This document shows, piece by piece, positions 47,401 to 59,400 of a stretch of DNA of 64,000 nt (positions are counted from its first letter, which is position 1; each line of letters begins with the position of its first letter). The notes beneath the pieces are model-generated. The model made no database searches. It worked only from the letters and a program-made list of their open reading frames with translations, and was not told the DNA's origin. Source of the DNA: Podarcis vaucheri (lineage: Eukaryota); the NCBI GenBank assembly GCA_965113315.1, contig OZ220369.1; one strand, 5' to 3'. The translations under genes were made by a program, and so were the position numbers.

Positions 47401-50400
47401 GGGTTAATTCAATAAGTAGTTCTTTCTTCTTTATCTCTCCAAGAATAGTTCTAACTTAAAATTAAATTGTTTGCAAATTATTTGTAATGGAACCCTACCT
47501 ACTTGCTTGATCTTTCTTCCAAGGATCACTACGGCTGCAATCCTAAAGACATGTATTAGGGACTAAGTATATTGAACTCAGTGAGACTTACTTCCCTACA
47601 CCCCATTTTTTCTCTTCACCTCTTACCTACCCAGTGGGCAGATGGGGGAAGCACAGAGCACACTCAACAGGAATCTGAACTGATAGCTTGTGGTAGGCTT
47701 TTCTCCCCATCTCTTTCCATTGCTAGCACACAGTGCTGCTATTCTAGAAAAAGAGATGCCAGAACTCACCATGAACACCTCCTTCATTCTTTTAGAATGG
47801 CAATGGTGCCCACCTGAGAGGTGCTGGAACTGAGTTCCTGTGAGTTCTCCCTGGGGAAAAAGCACTGCTAGTACAACTGCTTTTACAATATTTTATTAGC
47901 GCAGAATGTGGACCTTCAGTTTGGGGAAAAAGACTGTAGACTCTGCAAGGGTTCTGTGACAGCTTTGCAATCCTCTTTCCCCCTCTGAAGACCCCTTGTA
48001 ACTGAAAGAAAAGCACTTAATGATTAGGCAGTTTTAAAATGGGGGACTCACATACAGTATGAAGTTTTAAACCTGCATGGTTTGTTTCCTTAGGAAAGAA
48101 TCCAGAGCTTGAAACAAAGCATTGACTTCATGGCAGACCTTCAGAAGAGCAGGAAGCATAAAGATAAAACAGGTCTCCAGTCAGGTGAAGATGATGGTGG
48201 CTTTGGGAAAGATGCAGACTCCATGGACATAGACCTCAGAGCCTTTAAAACACCTAGCAAAGAACTCAAGAAGTAATTACTCTGCAAAGGGCTTACATAT
48301 TTCTTTCATTTCATCAAAATTAGGAGCAAGCAGCCCCAGGCTGCACTGAAAGCAACTATCTCCAGTAGCTCTGAATAGGGATTAAACAAATACATGGAAG
48401 AAGACTGGTCTGTCAGTAGCACTTAGGCATGATGGCTACATGGAACACCTCTGTACAGAGGCATCTATAGGGATCTCCCATTTTTGGGTAGCCTTAGCCA
48501 AGGATCATAGCCACCAGTCCTATTCCACCACCACCCACATTTTTTTCTGAAGGAAAAGCACAAAATCTTCTGGCATTGGCACTCACCCACTTGCCTTTCC
48601 AGCTTCAGAGCAGGGAAAAGGCCAGTTGGTAGGAGTTGCTAGATTGACCATGCTTGGGTGCCTTTACCACACAACTGCCAATCAATCCTCAGCCAATCCT
48701 GGAGCTGGAGAGGCAGCAAGTGTTTGCTAGAGCTGCCAGTGGACAACATTTATAGTAGAAACATACAATTTAATATAATGAAAACTATCCTATTACAGAA
48801 TTGACTTGTCTCTTCTTTCTTTTTGGTACTTATTTGCACTCCGGTAAAACTTCAGGTTCAAATTATGTTGTCCTGCTGTATAAGACAAATTTTAGAAACA
48901 TTTTGTTGTATCCAGATAATTTTACTCAAAACAAAGCCATTGAAATTAATGGACCTATATTAGTCACGTCCTGTAAGTTCAGTGGGACTATTTAGAAAAC
49001 AAACAACATTGGATACAGTCCCTTCTGCTTGAAATAATACTTTCAGACTCAAGGATGATGACATGCACAACGAAGGAAGCATGTTACTGGCAAATTCCAC
49101 CTTCACTGCCAAATGTGCCACTTTATTTTAAACTGATGAAGAACTTCTTGGAATTTACCAGTTATTGACTGCACACATTCTAAAACAAAGTTTTAGACTT
49201 GGTGGTATTAAACCCTTTTTTTGCTATCTTATATACTATGAAGGGGTACAGTAATGTATATAGTTATGGGATTTTTTGTCTCTTTTTAATGTATGTTTGT
49301 TTTCTAGGAAAGAGAAAGAGCTACTTGAAGAAAAAATAAGGAATAGTAATTTAGAGAGGGAACAAGAACTGATTGAACATATCATCAGAGAATCAGGAGG
49401 AAAGTTAACAAAAAGACCTGCTAATGCTCAGGTAAACGGAGAAAAGGATATGGATGATGCTCATTATCTAGAACACCATAACATAAGTTAAATACGTTTC
49501 AGTCCCTTTCATCTGATGTTTCAATGATTGATGTGATTACAAATCTAAAGTCTCATAATATCCATTCATTGAAGCAATAAACAAAACAGCCTGCTAAATT
49601 ATGTATGACTCTGTCATCCTAGCTTTGTAGGCTGTGCACAAAAGACACATTTTAATGGCTTGATCTTTATTTCAGTGTGAGTTTGAAAGAAGAAAACCTG
49701 ATGGCACAACCACCCTGGGACTTCTTAATCCAGCAGAAAATAACACAGGGGGTAATGCTTGCACTGAGTAATTTTAACAACCTTTCCCCTTGGTGGTGTG
49801 TATTACTGATGGATTTCTACACTTAGTAGAGGTGCAGAGGAAGTCTCTTGAGGCTGTCCCACATTCCTCCCGTGCTAGCGTTCCTTAGAATTCCCACTGA
49901 GCATCTGGCTGCTTCTGGTCCCTGCTTAAATGGTCCCTGTTTGAACAGTTAGCCCAGAGACAGTCAGAATGGGATGTCCTTCATGAGAATGCTGTTTGAT
50001 TTAGGGAATAATGACCTAACATCTTGGAATATTCCATGGCATTTTTAAACAAACGCCTTCCAGAAGCATGATTCCTTATCTAGCAAAGATGGGGGACCTG
50101 TGCCTGCCCAGATGTTGCTTGACTTCCCATCCAGTATGCCCAGAGCTCTGGGATGAATGGAGTTGTAGTCCTGAGCCATCTGGAGAGTCTCAGGTTTCCC
50201 ATCCTTGCAATATAGGTTAATAATTTCTATGCATAAGGTCCCAAATTCAGTTCCCTGCCTTCACCTGCTCAATTAAGTAAATTAAAATAGATTAGCGTGG
50301 ACATTTCTGTTTTAGGGTTGTTATTACAACTACCTTTTTCTTCCTTAGTGCATTTTTATGACTTATAGTTGAATCCAGGACAAAGGTGTTTTTAAGGGAC

Positions 50401-53400
50401 TATTTTTCAGTGTTTATGCTCACAAAGGCTTTAGAAAAACCTAGTAAATACTCAGAAGGGAGATGTTGTGTGCATGTGGCTAACTTAAGTCCTATAACTT
50501 TCTTTTTGTTCATCTCTTGAGTGGTAGAACTCGGACATGGCTCTGCAAAGTTGGGTGTCACAGCTGGAAGACTGCAGTCAGGTGTAAATACGTTACAAGG
50601 GTTCAAAGAAGACAAAAGAAACAAAGTTACTCCTGGTAAGTGTGACTTCTAATTTATGCTTAGTGGTGCCCTTGAATGCAACAAGGCTGGCAGAAATTAC
50701 CGTACTTTTCTCTCTATAACACACAGATTTTTTCTCCTAAAAAGTAAGGGGAAATGTCTGCGTGTTATTGAGCGAATGTGTGGTCCCTGGAGCTGACCTT
50801 CCCGAGCACAGAGGCAAAAATCAGGCAAAAATCCAATCGTGCGCGTCAGGGAGAAGGGAGCTCCGTGAGAGAGGAAGCTGTTGCTTTCCTGCATTCTGCC
50901 TCAAGGGTCTTACTGCCCACCCTCTTCTGTTTCGGTTGCTGTTTGCTCAAACAGAACAAAGAGCAGGCAAATCCCCTCCCCTCCAGGCAAGCAAAGGGGA
51001 AAGGAAAGGATCTCCGTGCTCCGGTGCTGCTGCATCCAGGGAAGCATTTTAGGGACTCGCAAGTAGCCGGAAAACATGCAGGTGGGAGAGAGAGAGAGAG
51101 AGAGGGCTGGCTTGGGTGTGTGTGTGTGGGGAAAACTTTTGCCTTCCTTTCCTCCCTCTCGTTAAACCCCTCTCCTGCATTCTTAGCCAGCTGCTTCTCT
51201 GCACATCCCTCTCGTGCTCATTCTCACTTCTGTGTTTTTCCTTCCCTCCCCACTTAAAACGTGGTTACAAAGCACGGATCCACATGGATCCTCAGGATCT
51301 TTGCATTGGGTCACCCCAAATTCACCATCAGATCACATTACATGTCCATGGCTACAGCCTGCACCCAAAAAATCACGCCCCCACTGTTGCCTGGGGCCAC
51401 AATGGTGCAAAAACGTGGTTACAAAGCACAGATCCACAGGGATTCTCAGGATTTTTGCATTGGGCTACCCCAAACTCACCATCAGATCACATGTCTGTGG
51501 TCACAGCATGACGCACAAAAATGATACATCCACTGTTTCATTCAGAATTTTTTTCACTTGTTTTCCTCCTCTAAAAACAATGTGCGTGTTATGGTCAGGT
51601 GCATGTTATAGAGCGAAAAATACGGTACTCAGGTCAGCTATGAACCACTGACTGAGTGCCCTGTAGCCCTTGCTACGTTTAACTATGTCTAGGCATGTAC
51701 TTATATGTTATCTGGAGGGGTGGAGCAGACAGATAACCTCTTTGAGTAGCCACAGGTGGAAACAGCCAGCACTCTCCTCAACAGGCTGCAGCTGCCTCTG
51801 CCCAGGCACACCCTTCTTCTTTCCTAGAGGAAAAGAGCACTGGGAATTAAAGCTGAAATAAAGTATGAAAGTTAGAGGTTTGCTTAACTGTGCACTATTG
51901 TAAACAACCTTTTGAGAATTTGCTAAAAGGTGGCCCAATTACTACAGGTGCCACATAATACCTGTTCCACATTTGTAAGAACTCTTATATTTAGTGTGAC
52001 AACACTAAACTCCCTGCCTCTTGTAATCAAGCAGGCACCTTTACTATGCTCTTTTTTTGCGCCTGCTTAAAATGTTATTGTTCAGACAAGCCTACCTAGA
52101 TGCTTCGAAAGTTGAGGTAAATTTAATCTCTTTTAGCATTTTAGCTTTTGGATATTTTTAAGTATGGTTGTGATTTTCTTAATTTGATTTTATCTTTTTG
52201 CAAACTGCCTCGAGGTTTCTTTTAAAATCAGGCAGTGTATAAATTTTATGAAATGAATAAATAATATTACATGCCAACATGTTTGCAAGTATAGTCACAT
52301 ATAGTACAACCTAGTCCTAAAATAGCAGGCCCTCGTTTAAACTACAGATTGTTTCAATTCTATGGGATAACTAAGAACAGGTTTATGCTTTTAACAATTA
52401 CTAGTTTTTGTTGTTGTAATTTGGTCTGTAGAGGATACCAGGCTGCCTAAGAGATTCGAAGCAGAATTTATGGCATTGGCAGCCTGAGCAATTTTAGCAG
52501 TCTCGTTCCTGTACTGCAGGGGTGGCCAACTCCCAAGGACTAGCAGTGATCTCCTTTGGGGGGTTCAGGTCAAAGTTGTTCAGCTTTTTTTTAGGGAGGA
52601 GGAAAGCCCCGTTTTTTAGGGGTTCAGGTCAAAGTTGTTGAGCTATTTAAACAGCATAATTGTGCAACATGATTTGTGTAAGAGACAACCAATGTGAACT
52701 TAGCTTCTAGGTGGTTTTTCCTCTCATAAATATTGAAAGCTATATATCAGATCTCTTTATATCACCTAGTGCCTTCTGCAGTTGTTTGTGGTTGATGTAC
52801 TAAAAACCCCATATAAAAAGGAGATTTTGCATATGTGGGAAATAAGTAGAGGAGAATCTATTGTATGACTTGGGCTATAAAAAACAAAAGAGATTAGAGC
52901 TAAATATTTTGCTCATTTGCTGCTTGGCAAGAGTTGTTGGTCCAGTCAGCAGAAAACTGAATTGTTTCTAGCTTGCCGAAACAGAAGTTTTGTTGAACGA
53001 TCACATCATATGCGTTGGCAGCTGCTAGAAAAGCTCAAAAGCTTTTAACGGTATATGCACTAGACTGTTTGATCCCTGAAAATATATGGGATTTGTATCC
53101 ATCATCAGAACAATTAAAAGCTTTACACATTATTAGTTTAGTCCTTAAAACTCAGCTAATCTGATCAGCTAACATAGATCAAAGCTGAATCTGGGTGATA
53201 CCCAGTTGCGGTATCCCACTTGTCCAAATGCAGCTCTCTCCTCCCCTCTGCAACTCCCTGCAAATCAGGGATTTGCAGGATGTTGGGGGTCCTTCTGGAG
53301 CAAGATGGGGAGCTGCATGGGGTGGAGAGGAAGGGGAAGTCCCCTCACATCTGCTGATGCAATGTTGGATCTCGCTCTGTATCCACAGTCTTTTATCTTT

Positions 53401-56400
53401 GCTGATGTATTCATTCTTGAGGCAAAACACAAATTGAATCACAGAAATTCACATCACTTGATTCATTCAAGAGTTGAAACATATGACTTGAGGCTTTTAA
53501 GATATCTACACTGTGTGGCATAATAATATTTTCACACTCTTATTTCAATATTGGGGCACTGCATATAGCCACATATGTACCTGTTAAACCAATTTGGATT
53601 TGCAAAAGCAGTTTTCTATGGGCATGCATGCTGGTTGAATCTGGGTTGACAAGCAATTAATAGAAATGCCAGTTTTAATAAACCAGTTTATGGAATGTAG
53701 CTCTGGTGTGGTATGAATTCAGCAACCTAGTTGTGCAAGGTAAAAGTGGATAGGTTCAGACACAAGACTTGCACAACCTAGGTGGAGGGGATTGGTCAGA
53801 ATTGTGGCAATACTAGGCACAATCTTTACCCATGTCACGATACTGTTGGACTACAGATCCCATCATCTCTGAACATGTTGACTGGGGCTGGTAGGAGTTG
53901 TAGTATCTGGAGGACACCTAATTGGCTACCCCTGAATTATGCATTCTGTTCTCTTAGTTTGTTGTGTTTGTTAGGGCTTTGCTTCTCCCTAACAAACCAG
54001 GTTTAATAAGCAAACAGCAAACTCTGGCTTAAGGCTGGCTAGTGAGAATAAAATATTGTCTCAGATTCAGTTGCCGTGTGAAACTATCCCCTTCCTGGTT
54101 TGATTAGCAACTTGCGTAAAGGTGGGAATGAAGCAGCAATTCTGCCAGCCCATCTCTTGCACAGTATAGTTTATTAAGTCAAAATCATTGTGAACATGGC
54201 CTTTGAGTGAATAAAACCACCTCTGAAAAAGCATTTCATTCATTCCGAAAGAAATATTTAATGACAGTTGCTTCAGTGTTTCCCCAACATTTACAATTTT
54301 CTGTTGGAAGAAATGGTGACTGGCAGTGGGGAGAGGAGGCACCCCCGCCCCAAGTATAACATCTCTGGTTGCCTGGCACTAGGACAGGTGTAATTGAAGC
54401 AACAGTAATTTCTTGGCACTCATGGAACTGGGTTCTCAAAGCCCAAAGAGGCTTTCTTTACTCTGGCCAGACCAGGTGCAATAGATTTAAAGTGCTGTTA
54501 GCTTTAAATTGAGAAGCTGTACCTCTTCTTCCAACAAACAGTAAACACCTGTGAAGAGCAAATCTGTTGTTAAAAGGGACATTCAGTCTAACACATGTGA
54601 GAATATTAATTCCGGCTCTTATTTTTCATTAGTGATGTACTTGAACTACGGGCCCTTTAGCTCTTATGCTCCAGCTTATGACTCCACATTTGCAAATATC
54701 AGCAAGGATGATTCTGATTTAATCTATTCCACCTATGGGGAAGATTCTAATCAAGGGAATTTTAAGTAAGTAGGCTTATTTTTGTCTTTATCGTGATGAC
54801 TTTGAATTAAAAACCTCTTTTAGAAATGTTCACATATTGGCAGGTGGGGGGGTGCTTCTTTTCCTGCTACTGGCATTGGCACTAGCAAGAGAATGGAACT
54901 TGACTGCAGCTTTTGTATTCTTTATTTTTGACTAGTTAATGCAGGGGTTTTCCTGGAATAACACTTAACTCAACAGGGAAGCTAGTGAGTTCTTAGTATT
55001 TCGATTTTTACATCTCATCCATTACAACCTTTGTCCAAATACAAATAAAAATCTAAATTGTGGTATGATTCTGAGAGATGCTTTTTCTACGCACATAAGT
55101 TTCCCTTGAGGGTCTCAGTTGGATGGATCTCTTCTTGTGTCTCAGCTTTCCTGACTGGTTCATAGATTCATAGAGTTGGAAGGGACCCTGAGGATCATCT
55201 AGTCCAACCCCCTGCAATGCAGGAATATGCAGCTGTCCCATACAGGGATCAAACCTGCAAGCATGGCATCATCACTGTCATTCTCTAACCAACTGAGTTC
55301 TCCAGGTTTTTTGTGAGAGATGGAGGAATGAGCGCTGGGGTTGGGCACCTGCTGGTATTTGGCATGTTAATGTGTAACCACGTCATAGGAACCAACTCCT
55401 AAGGGCCAAAGGAGCTTTGCTCCCCCCTTAATGAAATATTTGAGGCGGCCCCAAAGTTTATGGGCATTGCCATTCAACTGGTGTGTCTGCACAACATCAT
55501 GAGATCAGTTATGTGGGGCAGGGCTTACCTGGCCCTCCCCTAATATTTTATTCAAGTTGGCACCCCTGAACCCCATATTTGTAGAAAGCTTGCTTAGTGT
55601 TACTTTATTCTGGTTGCACTTTGGCTTTTCCAAGACAAATTCAAGTTGGCATACATTAGGGTATAATGTGCTCCTCTCCCCCACCACCGCACATACAAAT
55701 CCCTTTGCTATCAGCTTCCCTCCTGCACCCACCAAATGAAGCGCAGGTTACACAGACTGATTAGAATACCACCTTTTGCATTGAACATACATAGCTCCAG
55801 TTTTTACTATTTCTAGGAAACGTCAGTGATAACTAGCACTGCAAATTTACACAAGTTACGAGCCTGTGGATAATAATGCATGTCTGCATCCCAGTACAGA
55901 TGTGAATTTAAAAACATATCCAAGAAAGGGAAAATCTATAAACTTAAGAGAAATCACCAGTTAACATCCCTAGTGGTTCTGATATTATAAAACTTTTTTT
56001 TAAAGAGAGAACAAAACAAAACCTCAAAGGTAAGTTGTGATTTTGTTTTTATTTGTAAGATTGTTTATTGTAAACTAATTGGCATGCAATTTTGTTGCTT
56101 TTATCTTCAGCATCAGTGAGTTCCTGGCAAAATCTCAAGACTACCCATATGTAATGGCGGACAGTTTGTTGGATGTTTTGACCCAAGGAAGGCATTCTCT
56201 CTCACTCAGAGAACTAGAAAAGGTGAGACTGCTTGTGTGTGAGCATCTGTATCAGATGCTCTCTCATTATCCTTAACTGTTCACCCTACAAGCTGAGGCT
56301 GATGGGAGTTGCCCTCCCAATATTGTTTAACTACACTTTGGCTACTCCCAAAGTGTAAATGGTGGAGTGGAAATCATGGCATTAAGGAGTCCATAGACAT

Positions 56401-59400
56401 GGGGACAATTACCCTGGACTGTAAAAAAATCTACATGGCAGATATTACTTCTGAGACCAGGTACTGGTTCTCCTTGAGAAAGCATGTTGGAGGAAAGGCA
56501 TACCTTTAGAAATATTTCAAACTATGTTTTTATGTAAGAGTATTTAACTCACCTGGATCCCACTGTGAAGTTTTCATTGAGAAATTTATTCCCTGTAATG
56601 GGGTTAATTAGCAGAAAACTAGCTTGATAAGATGTGTGTGTGTTATAACTAAGCCTGCAATCATGTGCACAGGCTGCTTAAAACCCATCAGCTTTAGGTC
56701 AGATTCTTATGCCCCTTCGGTGTCATGGGACCCACAGCAGTATTACTCCTTCCTGTATCACTGTGGTAATATGAAAAGCCCGGGATTACATAGGAGAAGC
56801 CCTCACTGTCCACCTCAAGCAAATATAACCAACATCTGGAAGGCACCCACCCTGGAGTGTTTTAAATCAGAGGTAACCAGTTGAAGGGGTTGAGCAGCTT
56901 GAAAACTTTATCCTTCTTTTCTAGTTGCAGCCAGCAGAAGAAGCTGAATGTCTGTGTGAAAAGTCTGCTACAAGCAAGGATGTGGAGGTGATACTCTTCT
57001 GAATTTGATTGAGGCAGTGAAAGGTTCTCATGCAAGCCAGTTAGAATAATTTGTTTCAAGTGCCAAATTTTATGTACAGTGGTGCCTTGCAAGACGAAAA
57101 GAATCCGTTCTGTGATTCTCTTCGTCTAGCGGTTCTTTCGTCTTGCGAAGCAAGCCCATTGAAGGATTAGCGGATTAGTGCTATTAGCAGCTTTTAGCGT
57201 CTTATCTGCTGATCGGATCAGCTGATAAGCAGCTTAGCGGCTTAGAAAAAGGGGGGGGGAAGGAAAAAAAACCAGCAGGAACTCGCAAGACATTGTCGTC
57301 TTGCGAAGCAAGCCCATAGGAAATTCGTTTTGCGAAGCACCTCCAAAACGGAAAACTCTTTCGTCTAGCGAGTTTTCCGTCTTGAGAGGCACCACTGTAC
57401 TTCTACATAAAACCGGAACAGCTGACTTGCTCTTTACTGTGCAGCATTGGAGATAAACTTCCAGCTCTGTGTTGCAACCTTTCATTCATAGCATTAAAAT
57501 CAAGTTATGTAAAGTTCACCTTATTGTTGTGCCACGGTCAGATTTTAATTGCAGTCATCTGTATTCTCCAGCCACAGCGTGTACTATATAAAGAAACCTG
57601 TTTTAAATCCTTATTACTTTGAAAGCTAAGCCCTCACAACTTCATGCTGTTGTCTGTTCAACATAACTGTTGTAAACAGGAGACATTTGATGAAGGAGGT
57701 ATAAATGTATTACTAAGGTATCCTCATCTGACTCATTGGCAAATGGATGAGATTCTGCAGAATGGTTTAATTGCCTCTCTTTTGTTGTAAATGTTGAAGA
57801 TGGAACATAGTCCCAGATATGATAGTTGACCAGCTGATACTGGAGTAGTTCTAATTATAGTGGTTTAAACCATCCCACTTAGTATATAGCAGGGATGGGG
57901 AATATGTGGTCCTCCAGCTGTTGGGCCACAACAGCCCCAGCCAGCATGCCCAATGGACATTCCCCATTCTTAATGCCTATTTTTGATCTGAAGAAAAGGT
58001 TGAGAGTCACCACAAATGCACTGCTTGGTTCAAATATTTTGTATAAATTTGGGTTTTGCTTGATTTTTAAGAACCTGCATTTGTTTGCCATCTACAGATT
58101 CTGGAAACAGCTCAACCAAGTAGGTTTGACTCCTCTCTCAGTAAGGAGAGGCTGACAGCACTGAGAGCAGTAACCAATTTTGGAATGCCTGTGGAGGAGT
58201 TTGACTCAGAAGGTGAGTGGCATGAACTGGGCACTTGTTGCTTTGCAAGGCCTCTTGGCACATTCCAGCCCAGCTGATGTCTGCCCAAAACTTCACTTTC
58301 AATTGAACAGAAGCGGAGGTCTTCCAGAAAAAACTTGACGAAACCACAAAATTGCTTCGGGAGCTTCAAGACGCTCAGAATGAACGACTAAGTACGAAGC
58401 CACCTCCGAACATGATCTGCCTTTTGGGCCCATCTTACAAAGAGATGCAGTTGGGTAAGTGTGTTGCTCCTGGCACGTGAAACCTTTAAATTTTAGACAC
58501 GTCCTGGCTCTTTAGTCTAACCTCTGCCCTGCTACTAACTTCTTTAAAATGGATGCTGGTTGTCTTGGTAACCACATTTATCAAATGGAGCAGCATTGCC
58601 ACGACAATATAGGGACATCACCTTCCTGGATGTCATAGAAGAGTGGAAGATTTGTGGTTGCTGGCGGGGATTGAAATGCTAGTTACTGCAAGCTGAAGGA
58701 GATTCCTTTATGCCTTGCTGGCTGCTGCAGGCAGAGGGGCCAAGCCTGGAAAGCTAGATGAAAGTAATCTTCCCTTGCCCCCACTATCTGAAGTCATGAT
58801 GGACAGGGCAGGGCCAGCAAAGACTCTGCAGCTAGTGCACAGAGCAAGTTAGATACGGTAGCCACGACGGGAAACAAGGTAGTGCATTTCACTTCCTTAT
58901 TGTTCCTATTGTTATACCGTATGGAGGGCTGCATGGCTTACTGTGCATGAGGTGATTTTGCTTGCTTTGCTCCTCTGTGCTAGAGCACTGGCCCCCTAAC
59001 CACAATTCCTGGGGGCTTAGTGATATGTCAAAACCAGGGATTGTGGTTTGTATGGAGTGAAGCAAATTAGGACCTTCTCAGTAGAATGCTCTCCCATCTG
59101 ATGCCAACCCTCTTCAGGGAACCTTTTAATGGTTGATGTTTTATTGTGTTTTTAATATTTTGTTGGGAGCCACCCAGAGTGGCTGGGGCAACCCAGTCAT
59201 ATGGGTGGCATATAAAAAATTATGATGACCTTTGACTAGGATATAGTACTAAGCCAGTGACCATGGTTTGTTCCCATGCACCAGTAGAGAAAATGGTCCA
59301 GATAGGTGAGTGATTTATCATAAATCATTAACTCTGCCCCACTTTACATGTCATGGAAAACCAATGTGTGCCAACTAGTTTTATATGACAGAACCCTGCA

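Noticed and set aside
49055-49136. Possible intronic C/D-box snoRNA (ATGATGA ... CTGA) in BRD7 intron 7
   Set aside because: No convincing terminal stem, D'/C' boxes or recognisable rRNA guide, and it lies about 170 nt from the acceptor. A snoscan or Rfam search would be needed.
51256-51495. CRISPR-like or functional tandem repeat
   Set aside because: Only two ~155-bp units, inside a mariner-type element in a vertebrate intron.
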